NCBI GenBank assembly: GCA_030041175.1
Contig: JASHOK010000052.1
Location: 1-60,892, forward strand
Length of the DNA: 60,892 nt
Source: Thermoplasmata archaeon
Lineage (GTDB): Archaea > Thermoplasmatota > Thermoplasmata > Lutacidiplasmatales > UBA184
Reading direction: 5' to 3'
Shown here: in pieces, positions 18,805 through 28,481 of the stretch
How positions within the stretch are numbered: position 1 is the first letter of the stretch
How the letters are laid out: every line of letters starts with the position of its first letter
Program-made: the position numbers and the translations under genes
Notes under the pieces: generated by a model
What the model saw: the letters and a program-made list of their open reading frames with translations, nothing else
Told to the model about the DNA's origin: nothing
Databases searched by the model: none

Positions 18805-19104
18805 TCAGTCGGTGAAGAAGAGACCCATCCCGGCGGACGAGGCCTCGTCCTCTTCCTGGAACCGGGCTCGCAGCGCCTCGGCTTCCTTGGCGCCGAGCTT
18901 GGTCCCGACGTCGCGGAGGAGGCTCTCCGCTCGGGCCACCGCCTCGGGAGATCCCTCGACCTGCACGAACAGATGGCCCGAGGGTCCGCCCAGGGTCGCG
19001 GCGTCCCGCAGCTTGTGGCTTTGCCGGGCTACGGCGTCGTCGCGGAGCGCCTCGTCCAGCTTCGCCCGGCGGTCGTTCGGGACTTGGAAGATGATCCAGG
19101 CCAT
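18805..19104 (-). CDS. hypothetical 99-aa protein with ribosomal-stalk-like acidic C-terminal tail
   Basis: MAWIIFQVPNDRRAKLDEALRDD...RARFQEEDEASSAGMGLFFTD. Start trimmed to the Met at 19104 inside ORF 18805..19263. Confidence 0.55.
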   Translation of the reverse strand: MAWIIFQVPNDRRAKLDEALRDDAVARQSHKLRDAATLGGPSGHLFVQVEGSPEAVARAESLLRDVGTKLGAKEAEALRARFQEEDEASSAGMGLFFTD

Positions 19105-19188
19105 ACGCGCGCCGATGCGTCGGCGGCAGGTATGACCTTTTCTGTCGGCCGGAGAGCCTAAGCCGTCCCATCCGATGCCATCCGTCCC

Positions 19189-19917
19189 ATGTGGGCCTCG
19201 ACGTCCGCGGGAGTCGTGGCGTCCAGCGACCCCGGTCAGATCCTCGTACTCGGGTCGGCCCACGTGGTGGACCTGGCGGGCCCGATCCGAGCGCGACTGA
19301 ATTCCGTCCCCCTCCAGGCCATCGCGCTCGAACTCGACCCCGAGCGCGCCGGGGTGCTCGAGGACCCGGCGCAGCGGGCCGCCCGTCCGCGTCCCTCCGT
19401 CCCTCCCTTGATCCGGTTGTGGGGGTTACTGCAGCGGCGCCTGGGTCAGCAGCTGGGTCAGGGCGCCGGTGGCGAAATGCGCGCGGCCGCGGGCTTCGCG
19501 CGGGAACGGCAGCTCCCCGTCTTCTTGATCGATGACCCGTTCGACCAGACCATTCGGCGGCTGCTGGCGGCGCTCAGTCCGAACGAGCGGCTCCGACTCC
19601 TCGCCGGCGCCGTCCTCGGTCTGGTGATTCCGGTCCGGACCGTGAAGCGAGAGCTCGATCACTACTCCGAGGCACCCGAGGAGTATACGGAGCAGATCCG
19701 GGCCAACTTCCCGTCGGTGGCCCACATCCTGATCGACGAGCGGAACGAGCACATGGCCGGGCGCCTCGAGGAGATGTGGCGCCGCGGCCTCCGGCACATC
19801 GCCGTCGTGGTGGGGGATGCCCACGTGCCGGGTCTCGCGGAGGCGCTTCGCCGCCGACAGCTGCCGGTCGAGACCGTCAGCTTCGGCGAGCTACGCTCGC
19901 CCGCTACAGCACCGTAG
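19189..19917 (+). CDS. TraB/PrgY-family protein
   Basis: ILVLGSAHVV, GGEMRAA, IDERNEHMAGRL and VVGDAHVPGL motifs. Confidence 0.72.
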   Translation: MWASTSAGVVASSDPGQILVLGSAHVVDLAGPIRARLNSVPLQAIALELDPERAGVLEDPAQRAARPRPSVPPLIRLWGLLQRRLGQQLGQGAGGEMRAAAGFARERQLPVFLIDDPFDQTIRRLLAALSPNERLRLLAGAVLGLVIPVRTVKRELDHYSEAPEEYTEQIRANFPSVAHILIDERNEHMAGRLEEMWRRGLRHIAVVVGDAHVPGLAEALRRRQLPVETVSFGELRSPATAP

Positions 19918-20770
19918 GCGACTCTTTCTTCGCGGCCTCGACCGAGGCTAGGAACGCAGTGCCCAGGGCCTCGACGTCCGGACTGCGGTAGGCCTCGATC
20001 GTCCCGGCATCGCCTTGCGTCGAGACCTGGGGGTCGATCGGGAGCCGGGCAAGGATCGGGACTCCGTATTCGGTGGCGACCGCGGCGACCGCACTGGGGC
20101 CGAAGGGCTCGATCCGCTCGTGACAGTGGGGGCAGTTGAGGTAGGCGAGGTTCTCCACGACCCCGAGCAGAGGCACGTGCAGTTCGCGGGCCATATTCAT
20201 CGCCTTGCGAACGATGAGCGCCGCCAGCTCCTGCGGGGTGAACACGAACACCATCCCGTCCAGCGGGATCGCCTGGAACACGGTGAGCGGAACGTCGCTC
20301 GTTCCGGGCGGCATATCAATCAGCAGGTAGTCGAGCGCACCCCAGTTCACGCCTCCGAAGAACTGCAGGATCAGCCGTGTGACGAGGGGACCCCGCCAGA
20401 TGACCGGGGTCTTCTCGTCCTCGACCATGAACTGCGATGAGACGACGGACAGCCCCCCTGTCGTCTCGGCAGGCTCGATCCCTTCTCCTCGGTCGACGAG
20501 GCCCCCGGAAAGTCCCACGAGCTTGGGGATCGACGGGCCGGTCACATCGGCGTCCAGAATTCCGACCCGCAGCCCCCGGCGACGAAGCTCCGAGGCGAGT
20601 AGCGCGGTGACCGACGACTTTCCGACTCCGCCCTTCCCGGAGCCGACCGCGATGACGTGCTGAAGGGCGCCTTTCCCCATCCGCTGCATCAGCCCTCCGC
20701 CGGGCCGTCGAGCGGCCGCGGCGCCGGGCGCTGGGGGGTGCGCGTGCTCGCTCGGGGTGCCGGGCGTCAT
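19904..20770 (-). CDS. mrp: Mrp/NBP35/ApbC Fe-S cluster carrier ATPase
   Basis: IAVGSGKGGVGKSSVTA deviant Walker A, LIDMPPGTSD and CPHCHERIEPFG. Start uncertain among 20818, 20770 and 20689. Confidence 0.88.
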   Translation of the reverse strand: MTPGTPSEHAHPPAPGAAAARRPGGGLMQRMGKGALQHVIAVGSGKGGVGKSSVTALLASELRRRGLRVGILDADVTGPSIPKLVGLSGGLVDRGEGIEPAETTGGLSVVSSQFMVEDEKTPVIWRGPLVTRLILQFFGGVNWGALDYLLIDMPPGTSDVPLTVFQAIPLDGMVFVFTPQELAALIVRKAMNMARELHVPLLGVVENLAYLNCPHCHERIEPFGPSAVAAVATEYGVPILARLPIDPQVSTQGDAGTIEAYRSPDVEALGTAFLASVEAAKKESPTVL

Positions 20771-20865
20771 GGAGGCGCGAGGAGTTGACCAAGCGTATTT
20801 AACGCGCTCCCGAGTCAACTCTCCGCGAGCAGGGCGGAGGCAGTACTACGGCAGACACGTCCCCA

Positions 20866-23067
20866 TTGCAGGAGATCTTCGCCCCCGCCTCCGTGGCGGT
20901 CATCGGGGCATCGAACCACCCTACGTCGGTCGGCGGGATGCTCTTCCGGAACATCCTGCAGGCGGGCTACCGAGGAGTGGTCTATCCTGTGAACCCGTCG
21001 TGGAAGAGCGTCTCAGGGGTCCGGTGCTACTCCTCGGTCGCCGAGCTTCCGGAGACCCCGGAACTGGCGGTCGTCATCGTTCCGGCTCCGCTCGTCACTA
21101 ACGTGATGACCCAGCTCGGCGAGCGAGGCACCCGGGGCGCCGTCGTGATCTCGGCGGGGTTCCGGGAGATCGGAGGCGTCGGCATCGGCCGCGAGGAGGA
21201 GCTCGTGGCCACGTCGCGAAAGTACGATATCTCCGTCGTAGGGCCGAACTGCTTCGGGGTGATCAACACCGCTCCCGAGGTCAGTCTGAATGCGACGTTC
21301 TCCGAGGACCTCCCGCCCCGAGGCAACATTGCCTTCGTCTCGCAGAGCGGGGCCCTCTGCGCCGGGATCCTGCGCTACGGGATCTCGGAGCGGATCGGGT
21401 TCTCCCGCTTCGTATCCGTCGGGAACCGGGCCGGCGTCGAGGAGAGCGATATCCTGCGCTCCCTGGCGACGGATCCCCAGACCGATGTCGTCCTGCTCTA
21501 CATCGAGAGTCTCGCCAACGAGCGGCGCTTCCTGGACGCCGCCCGGGAGGTCTCCGAGCTCAAGCCGATCCTGGTCATCAAGAGCGGCCGGTCCCCGGAG
21601 GGCGAGCGGGCCGCCCGGAGCCACACCGGCTCTCTCGCTCACGCGGCTCAGGACCGTCTCTATGACGCCCTCTTCGAACAGGCCGGGGTGCTCCGGGCCG
21701 ACACGATCGGCGAGCTCTTCCGGTGGGCCAAGGTCTTTGCCACGGGCGCCCGACTGAACGGTCCCCGGCTGGCGATTCTCACGAATTCGGGAGGGCCCGG
21801 GATCGTCGCCGCCGACGCCTGCGCCCGGAGTGGCCTCTCGCTGCCACCGCTGCCGGAGCGGACCCAGAGCCGCCTCCGCGCGCTGCTCTCTCCGTCGGCC
21901 GCCGTCGGGAACCCGGTGGATACCACGGCCGATGCCTCGGCGCGGCAGTTTGGGGGCGCGCTGAAGGAGCTCCTCGATCTCACCGAGCTCGACGGCGGGG
22001 TGGTGATTGCCACCCCCGTGGGAGAGCTGCAGGGTCCCACGCTGGCGCAGACGATCGTCGGTGCACGAGGCCGTCTCAAGAAGCCGATCGTGGCGTGCGT
22101 ATTCGGTATCGTTGACGTGACCCAGGAGGTACGGACCCTGGAGGACCACGGGATACCGGCCTTCACGTTTCCCGAGGAGGCCGTGGTCGCACTCTCGAGC
22201 CTCGCCCACTACCAGCGCAGACACTCCCGGCCTCCGCGACGCTTTCATCCCTACGCCGTGGACCGCGCCGCGGTCGAACGGGTGCTCGCCGGGATTCCGT
22301 CCACGGAGTCAACCGTCCTTCCCGAGTTCGCCGCGCGCGAGCTGCTGGCGGCCTACGGAGTGCCGTTTGCTCCGGCCGCGCTGACCCAGAGCCCCGACGA
22401 AGCCGTACGCTTTGCGGACCGCATCGGCTATCCGGTCGTTCTGAAGGTCGCCTCCCCCGACATCTCGCACAAGACCGAGGTCGGCGGCGTGCGGGTCGGG
22501 ATCGCGAGTGGTGGGGACCTGCGTAGCGCCTGGGAGGACGTGAAGACGGTCGTTCGCTCCCGGGCACCGAACGCTCGCCTCGAGGGATTCGAGGTCGAGA
22601 GGATGGTGACGGGCGGCAAGGAGGTCCTGGTCGGCCTGCAGCGCGACCCACGGTTCGGCCCGGTGATCGTCTTTGGTCTCGGCGGCATCTACGTGGAGGT
22701 GCTCAAGGACGTCACGTTCCGGCTGGCACCGTTTGACGAGGCCGAGGCCGAAGAGATGGTGGCCTCGGTTCAGGCGTTCCCGCTCCTGCAGGGCGTGCGC
22801 GGCGAGCCACCCAGCGACCTAACGGCTCTCTACAATGTGCTGGGCCGGGTAGCCCAACTGGCCCTCGATCTTCCCCGCGTCCAGGAGCTGGACCTCAACC
22901 CGGTGATCGTGCTGCCGGAGCATGCCGGCGCCTTCGCCGTGGACGCCCGGCTGGTGCTCGGGCCCAGCGATCCGTCTTCCAGATCGGGACTTCCCGCTTC
23001 AGCTCCTCAATCAGAAATCGCGCCGCCGCAAACGCCATCGAGCGGTGTGCGGCGGCGACGCCGATAA
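20866..23067 (+). CDS. acd: acetyl-CoA synthetase (ADP-forming), fused alpha/beta
   Basis: An N-terminal CoA-binding segment (SVAVIGASNHPTSVGGMLFRNIL...VYPVNP) and the catalytic His context (SHTGSLA). C-terminal ATP-grasp (GYPVVLKVASPDISHKTEVGGV). The 3' tail overlaps moaE. Confidence 0.88.
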   Translation: MQEIFAPASVAVIGASNHPTSVGGMLFRNILQAGYRGVVYPVNPSWKSVSGVRCYSSVAELPETPELAVVIVPAPLVTNVMTQLGERGTRGAVVISAGFREIGGVGIGREEELVATSRKYDISVVGPNCFGVINTAPEVSLNATFSEDLPPRGNIAFVSQSGALCAGILRYGISERIGFSRFVSVGNRAGVEESDILRSLATDPQTDVVLLYIESLANERRFLDAAREVSELKPILVIKSGRSPEGERAARSHTGSLAHAAQDRLYDALFEQAGVLRADTIGELFRWAKVFATGARLNGPRLAILTNSGGPGIVAADACARSGLSLPPLPERTQSRLRALLSPSAAVGNPVDTTADASARQFGGALKELLDLTELDGGVVIATPVGELQGPTLAQTIVGARGRLKKPIVACVFGIVDVTQEVRTLEDHGIPAFTFPEEAVVALSSLAHYQRRHSRPPRRFHPYAVDRAAVERVLAGIPSTESTVLPEFAARELLAAYGVPFAPAALTQSPDEAVRFADRIGYPVVLKVASPDISHKTEVGGVRVGIASGGDLRSAWEDVKTVVRSRAPNARLEGFEVERMVTGGKEVLVGLQRDPRFGPVIVFGLGGIYVEVLKDVTFRLAPFDEAEAEEMVASVQAFPLLQGVRGEPPSDLTALYNVLGRVAQLALDLPRVQELDLNPVIVLPEHAGAFAVDARLVLGPSDPSSRSGLPASAPQSEIAPPQTPSSGVRRRRR

Positions 23068-23407
23068 TCACCGACGCGGTGCCCACCCGGAGACGACCGA
23101 CCCGGTGGACGATCCGGATCCGCCGGGCGCCGAACCGCCGCTGTGCCCGCCTCTCGAGGTCGGTCAATCGGGTGAGCGCCATCCGACGGTCGGCTTCGTA
23201 GTCCAGTGCGACCACGCGACGGCCTCCCTTCCCATCGGGCCGGACCCGACCGATGAACAGGACGACGGCTCCGCTGGAGGCATCCTCGAGCGCTGCGGCG
23301 ACGCGCGCTACGGACAGCGGTCGACGGGTGATCTCGCTCGACGTACCCCTACCCCCCGCTGTACGGTGGATGGATGGCGATCTCGTCTCCCGGATGGACC
23401 CGTACAC
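22895..23407 (-). CDS. moaE: molybdopterin synthase catalytic subunit MoaE
   Basis: GAVVLFIGRVR...LDYEADRRMA...IVHRVGRLRVGTASVIIGVAAAHRSMAFAAARFLIEELKREVPIWK. GTG 23407 is the only canonical start. Confidence 0.8.
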   Translation of the reverse strand: MYGSIRETRSPSIHRTAGGRGTSSEITRRPLSVARVAAALEDASSGAVVLFIGRVRPDGKGGRRVVALDYEADRRMALTRLTDLERRAQRRFGARRIRIVHRVGRLRVGTASVIIGVAAAHRSMAFAAARFLIEELKREVPIWKTDRWARAPAGRPRRRRRHAPAARSPG

Positions 23408-23606
23408 GGTCCCCGGCCACGTACTGACCGTTTCGCACGAACCGGGCCGTCGCGAGGATCGGTCCCAGTCGGGGATGCTCGTGCACGAGCGCTGCGAGGA
23501 GGGCCGAGAGCAGGACTCCCCCGGCGGGCACCTCGCGTGTGAGCGTGGATACCCCGACCGCCTCGCGAGCCGTGGCGAAGAGGATCAGATGGACCGGCCG
23601 CGTCAC
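23349..23606 (-). CDS. moaD: molybdopterin synthase sulfur carrier MoaD (ThiS/MoaD fold)
   Basis: 85 aa ending in ...HPPYSGG (C-terminal Gly-Gly). GTG 23606 is preceded by GAGGAG. The longer ORF 23349..23777 was rejected. Confidence 0.75.
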   Translation of the reverse strand: MTRPVHLILFATAREAVGVSTLTREVPAGGVLLSALLAALVHEHPRLGPILATARFVRNGQYVAGDRVRVHPGDEIAIHPPYSGG

Positions 23607-23703
23607 GAGGACTCCTCGGGCCCAGGTCGGCTCCCCCAGCGGCGCACAGCGGCGTCGACCACCCCGAACGGATATGTAGGTTGCACAGCCTCCTCTTCCA
23701 TCC

Positions 23704-25455
23704 ATGGCTGAAATCGTCCTCCGGACCGGCGGCGCAGCCGGGGATGGCATCGCCTCGGTCGGGGATGTCCTCGCCAAGTCGCTGTCCCGGATGGGCCTCC
23801 ATGTCTTCGGGATGAATGCCTATCAGTCGGTCATCCGGGGCGGCCACGTGTGGTTCCAGGCCCGGGCCTCGGCCGACCCGGTGCACTCCCAGGGCGATCA
23901 GGCCGACGTCCTGTTCGCGCTGAACAAGGAGACCGCCCAGATCCATCTTCCGTCGATGGGCGCAGGCAGTACGGTCGTCTACGACCCGGAGAAGTTCGAG
24001 TTGACCGACAGCGAGCTTCCCGTCGGTACGAAGAAGCTCGCGGTCCCGACCCTCGAGATCGCCCGAAAGTACTCGTCGCAGTCCATCCTTCAGAACGCCG
24101 CCGGGCTGGGCGCCACCGCCTACCTCGCCGGCATCCCGCTTGCCGTGTTGCAGAAGACCCTCTCCGACTCCTTTGGCCGGAAGAAGGGCGAGATCGCGGA
24201 CTGGAACGTGGGCGCTGCCGGGGAGGGCTACGCCTTCGCGGAGAAGAACACCGGGGCGAACGACCACGCCGTTAAGCCGGCCGGTGCGCCGAAGCTGCTG
24301 ATGACCGGTAACCAGGCCATTGCCCTGGGCGCTGCCGCAGCGGGCTGCAAGTTTCTGGCGCAATACCCGATGACGCCGGCCTCGACGATCCTGCACTGGC
24401 TGGCGGCGCACTCGCAGCAGCTCGGGATCGTGGTCAAGCAGGCGGAGGACGAGATCGCGGTCGTGAACATGGCGATCGGCGCCTCCTTTGCCGGCGTTCG
24501 CTCCATGTGCGCCACGAGTGGCGGTGGATTCTCGCTGATGGTGGAAGGCATCGGGATGGCCGGCATGACCGAAACCCCGCTCGTCGTCGTCGAGGCCCAG
24601 CGTGCCGGCCCGTCCACCGGTTTGCCGACGAAGACGGAGCAGGGGGACCTCAACCTCATGCTCGGCGCCGGCCAGGGCGACTTCCCCCGGGCCATTCTCG
24701 CTCCCGCCGACGCGGGAGAGGCCTTCCGCGCAACGGTCAAGGCGTTCCAGCTGGCGGAGGACTGGCAGACGCCCGTGATCGTGGCGAGCGACTTCCATCT
24801 GTCCGAGAGCATGATGACCGTGGAGCGGGACGAGATCCCGTTCCCCGGGCCCATCCCCTCCCTGTTCACCGTCGAGCCGAACGGCGGCGATTACCGGCGG
24901 TATGCGTACACGGAGTCGGGCGTCTCGCCGCGGGCGTTGCCGGGTCAGGCTGGGCTGCAGTTCAAGGCCGGCTCGGACGAGCACGACGAGCGCGGACATC
25001 TCATCTCCGACGTGCTCTCGGGCGTCCCGATCTGGGTCGCTGAACGGGAGAAGATGATGGACAAGCGGATGCGGAAGCTCGAGGGGCTCCGATCGGCCGG
25101 ACCCGCGCCGACGCTCGAGGGTCCCGCCGATGCCGCGCTGACCTTCGTGGCCTGGGGCTCGACCGTCGGGGCGATCCGGGACGCGACCCCCTTGCTGCGG
25201 GCGAAGGGCGTCACCACGAACCTGATCCGGATCCCTCAGGTCTTCCCCCTCGCCACCACCGCCCTCGTGCCGCTCCTGACGAAGGCGACCCGGACCCTTC
25301 TGGTCGAGGCCAACTTCACCGGACAGCTCGGGCATCTCATCCGGGCGGAGACCGGCATCGCCCTGCCGAACCGCTTCCTCAAGTACGACGGAGAACCGTT
25401 CGCCCCTATGGAGATCGTTCAGAAGGCGCTCGAGGGGGTTTCGCATGGTCACTAG
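23704..25455 (+). CDS. korA: 2-oxoacid:ferredoxin oxidoreductase, alpha subunit (gamma+alpha fusion)
   Basis: MAEIVLRTGGAAGDGIASVGDVL, LMTGNQAIALGAAAAGCKFLAQYPMTPAS and VEAQRAGPSTGLPTKTEQGD. Confidence 0.9.
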   Translation: MAEIVLRTGGAAGDGIASVGDVLAKSLSRMGLHVFGMNAYQSVIRGGHVWFQARASADPVHSQGDQADVLFALNKETAQIHLPSMGAGSTVVYDPEKFELTDSELPVGTKKLAVPTLEIARKYSSQSILQNAAGLGATAYLAGIPLAVLQKTLSDSFGRKKGEIADWNVGAAGEGYAFAEKNTGANDHAVKPAGAPKLLMTGNQAIALGAAAAGCKFLAQYPMTPASTILHWLAAHSQQLGIVVKQAEDEIAVVNMAIGASFAGVRSMCATSGGGFSLMVEGIGMAGMTETPLVVVEAQRAGPSTGLPTKTEQGDLNLMLGAGQGDFPRAILAPADAGEAFRATVKAFQLAEDWQTPVIVASDFHLSESMMTVERDEIPFPGPIPSLFTVEPNGGDYRRYAYTESGVSPRALPGQAGLQFKAGSDEHDERGHLISDVLSGVPIWVAEREKMMDKRMRKLEGLRSAGPAPTLEGPADAALTFVAWGSTVGAIRDATPLLRAKGVTTNLIRIPQVFPLATTALVPLLTKATRTLLVEANFTGQLGHLIRAETGIALPNRFLKYDGEPFAPMEIVQKALEGVSHGH

Positions 25456-26338
25456 TGCAGTTCCGGCCGCCGGCACGACGCCGCTCCCCGTCCTGGTCTC
25501 GAAGTCCGACATCAAGCCGACCTGGTGTCCGGGCTGCGGGGACTTCGGGGTGGTCGCCGCGCTCGAAATGGCCCTGAAGCGCCTCAAGATCCCGCCGCAC
25601 GAGACCGTGCTCGTCTCCGGTATCGGCTGTTCGTCGAACCTCCCCCATTTCCTGAACACCTACGGCTTCCACGGCATCCATGGCCGGGCGATCCCGGTCG
25701 CCGAGGGGATTCGATGGGCGAATCATTCCTTGCATGTGGTGGTCACGGGCGGCGACGGCGACGGCTTCGGGATCGGAGCCGGACACTTCGTGCACGCGAT
25801 GCGGCGGAACGTGAAGATCACCTACGTCGCGATGGACAACCAGATCTACGGCCTCACGACCGGCCAGGCGTCGCCGACGTCGACGATGGGCGCCAAGACG
25901 AAGTCCACTCCGACGGGCGTCATCGAGCACCCGATCAACCCGATCGGCCTCGCCATCGCGTCGGGCGCCACCTACGTCGCCCGGGGATTCTCCGGGGACG
26001 TGAAACAGATGGCGGACCTGATCGCGGGCGCCCTCCAGCACAACGGCTTCGCCTTCGTGGACGCGTTCTCTCCGTGCGTCACCTACAACAAGCTGAACAC
26101 CTTCGACTGGTTCCGCCAGCGGGTCTACAAACTGGAGTCCGCCGGACATGACCCGTCCGACATCGGCCAGGCGTTCGCGCGGGCCCAGGAGTGGGGCGAC
26201 AAACTGCCGACCGGCCTCTTCTACAAGACCGACCGGCCGACCTACGAGGACCTCGAGGAGGTCCTGCAGGCCGGTCCCGCGGCCCGTCAGCCGGCGGGGC
26301 TGGTGGGGAAGGAATCGGTCCTGGACGAGTTCCTCTGA
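25445..26338 (+). CDS. korB: 2-oxoacid:ferredoxin oxidoreductase, beta (TPP-binding) subunit
   Basis: TWCPGCGDFG, SGIGCSS, GGDGDGFGIG and MDNQIYGLTTGQ. Overlaps korA by 11 nt. Confidence 0.9.
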   Translation: MVTSAVPAAGTTPLPVLVSKSDIKPTWCPGCGDFGVVAALEMALKRLKIPPHETVLVSGIGCSSNLPHFLNTYGFHGIHGRAIPVAEGIRWANHSLHVVVTGGDGDGFGIGAGHFVHAMRRNVKITYVAMDNQIYGLTTGQASPTSTMGAKTKSTPTGVIEHPINPIGLAIASGATYVARGFSGDVKQMADLIAGALQHNGFAFVDAFSPCVTYNKLNTFDWFRQRVYKLESAGHDPSDIGQAFARAQEWGDKLPTGLFYKTDRPTYEDLEEVLQAGPAARQPAGLVGKESVLDEFL

Positions 26339-26342
26339 GCCG

Positions 26343-28379
26343 TTACCCGCGTACCTGGAAGACGTACGCATCGCCGCTCTGGAACAGGAGCGGGAACATC
26401 CCCGGATCCGCCAGGAGCGGCGCGGGCAGGAAGGGAGGCCAAAGATTCGTCGTGTTACCGGTCACCGCGATGTACTGGATCTGTAGCACTCCGAGAGCCA
26501 CGAGGCCGGCCGCGGTGAGCGTCCCGTTCGTCAGTTCCGTCTCGAGAGCCTGGTAACTCGTGTTCCGGTCGATCGGTTGGATCGGGAAGACGATCGCGAC
26601 CCGGGCGTACCCGGGAAGGAATTGTGCCGCACTCCCGAGCGCCACGAGCACGCGGGCACCGGTGGGAAGATGCTCCGAGGCCCATGCGAACATGGCGAAG
26701 TCCCCGGCGGTCACCCGGCCATAGCTCCCGTACAGCTCGTCGAGATACGGCGGCAGGTCGGCGACCGCCACGACTACTCCCGGCACCATCAGCACGACCG
26801 CCAGCGCCACCGCGATCGCCCGGGGGCCGTTCTGGTCCAGGGCACCGGGCCGCCGCCACCGCGGCCGCGGGGCGGGGACACTCGGTGCCGTCTCCGGCCG
26901 GGAGGTGGCCAGGTCCAGCAGCAGGACCAGGGGCACCGCCGCGATGATCGTGTAGACCGCAAAGAGATCGATCGACATCTCGACCGGGCTGGTCAGATCC
27001 GCGAGTCCGGCGAGGCCGGTCCCCGCCTCATGGATCACCACCTGGAGCAGCAATGCCAGAACGGCGACGGCAATCAGCGCCGCCAGTACGCGCCGGAAGG
27101 CCGGCCCCGAGCTTCCCAGCCGGCCGAACAATCCCGGCAAAACGAGAATGGCGGCGCCGCCCACCAGCAACAGGGCGAGCTCGAAGCGGAGAACGACGAA
27201 CGGGGACAACCAGATCGCGTGCGGCCCGAACAGGAACGGGTCCACCGATCCGATGAACTGGGGAAGACTGATTCCGGGAAGGCTCCTGGACGGCGGAACG
27301 GCGACGCCTCCGGTGGCGGCGAACAGCGTCCCGCGGCCGGAGACGATCGTCCAGAACGTGGGGAGGACGAACAGCACCGCCACCGCGCCCGTGACCAGCC
27401 AGCGGAGCAGCGACCCTCCGAGGTAGCCCCACCGGGCTCGACTCGCGACCGCCCCGAGGACGACGATCGTAGGCACCAGGAGGTCCGCGCCGACGGGATT
27501 GAGGGCGGCCGAGTACCCAAGGACCGCTCCGTAGGCCAGCGCGTCGGCCAATCCGGGCGGCTGGGTCTGCTGCCAGAGGTCGATCCGGGCGATGAGCCAC
27601 AGGACGAGCGGGAAGGAGAACACGAAATCGTTGCTCGTGGCGACCATCACGCGAGTCCAGGAGCCCAGCAACGCGAACGTGATGCCGATCGCAAGCCCGG
27701 CCCACGGCGACCGCAGCAGACGAAGTCCCACGACGTACCCGCCCAGCGGGGACAGGCTCAGGAAGAGTGGGGTGACGAGCAGTGCCGTTCGGGCTGGAGG
27801 AAGGGAGTAGAGCAGTTGCGCCGCGCCCAGCCAGACCGTTGTACCCTGGGGATACGGTGTCCATTGAGGGGCGATGGGAGACAGGGACAACGGGACCTGG
27901 TGGTGGAGGAGCAAGAGACTGACGTAGTCCGTGAGCAGGCTCGTGTCGTACGAGTTCCCGGTCGGCACGCCTTCCGCCACTCCGACCTCGATGGCGAACA
28001 GCGCCGCGGTAACGGCCACGAGGAGGATCCCGGGAAGCCAACTCGGATTCCAGTGATACCGTTCCGAGGGCTGCTCGGCGACACCCTCCCACCGTCGTAG
28101 CCGGGGCCGGAAGAGGACCCAGAGCGCCGCTCCGGCCAGCGGGTACAGGATCACCAGGAGAATGCCGAAGAGATGGAGCGGCAACGCCGCGAGAACATAG
28201 AGGCCTCCGCCTCCGAGGTAGAGGTCGAGGAGGAGCCGTTCCACCACGCCGAGATTACGGAACAGGCCGGCGTATCCGGCGACCAGCGACCGGAAGAGGT
28301 CCCCCACGGGGACCACGGCGGCCGCCAGGACCAGCAGCTCGAGCGCCCACGGGAGGCCGGAGGGTCCGGGGAGGCTCAC
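26343..28379 (-). CDS. large polytopic membrane protein, putative GT-C-type glycosyltransferase
   Basis: 678 aa with at least 12 hydrophobic helices, then a C-terminal soluble domain of about 150 aa. Divergent from a flippase gene. Family assignment is by architecture only. Confidence 0.55.
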   Translation of the reverse strand: MSLPGPSGLPWALELLVLAAAVVPVGDLFRSLVAGYAGLFRNLGVVERLLLDLYLGGGGLYVLAALPLHLFGILLVILYPLAGAALWVLFRPRLRRWEGVAEQPSERYHWNPSWLPGILLVAVTAALFAIEVGVAEGVPTGNSYDTSLLTDYVSLLLLHHQVPLSLSPIAPQWTPYPQGTTVWLGAAQLLYSLPPARTALLVTPLFLSLSPLGGYVVGLRLLRSPWAGLAIGITFALLGSWTRVMVATSNDFVFSFPLVLWLIARIDLWQQTQPPGLADALAYGAVLGYSAALNPVGADLLVPTIVVLGAVASRARWGYLGGSLLRWLVTGAVAVLFVLPTFWTIVSGRGTLFAATGGVAVPPSRSLPGISLPQFIGSVDPFLFGPHAIWLSPFVVLRFELALLLVGGAAILVLPGLFGRLGSSGPAFRRVLAALIAVAVLALLLQVVIHEAGTGLAGLADLTSPVEMSIDLFAVYTIIAAVPLVLLLDLATSRPETAPSVPAPRPRWRRPGALDQNGPRAIAVALAVVLMVPGVVVAVADLPPYLDELYGSYGRVTAGDFAMFAWASEHLPTGARVLVALGSAAQFLPGYARVAIVFPIQPIDRNTSYQALETELTNGTLTAAGLVALGVLQIQYIAVTGNTTNLWPPFLPAPLLADPGMFPLLFQSGDAYVFQVRG

Positions 28380-28400
28380 GGGCCCGGGGCACGGGAGGCG

Positions 28401-28448
28401 TGGGTTATACCACTGTGTTTCGACCCGCTCCGCCTCGGCACGTATTTA
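28401..28448. promoter_or_regulatory. candidate divergent TATA boxes between the GT-C-like gene and the flippase
   Basis: TTATAC at 28405-28410 reads TATAA on the minus strand, about 25-30 nt upstream of start 28379. TATTTA at 28443-28448 lies about 35 nt upstream of GTG 28482. Both are AT islands in GC-rich DNA. Confidence 0.35.
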
Positions 28449-28481
28449 CCCCGCGGCTCTAACTAACGCCCGGTCGTTGAC

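Noticed and set aside
23308-25659. 783-aa minus-strand ORF spanning moaD to korB
   Set aside because: It is antisense to korA/korB, which carry clear TPP and OFOR motifs. The translation is Arg/Gly/Pro-rich junk.
26577-28100. 507-aa plus-strand ORF, and several other ORFs, inside the 678-aa membrane-protein gene
   Set aside because: The extremely charged Arg/Asp/Glu/Gly translation mirrors a hydrophobic gene. The minus-strand frame gives coherent TM helices.
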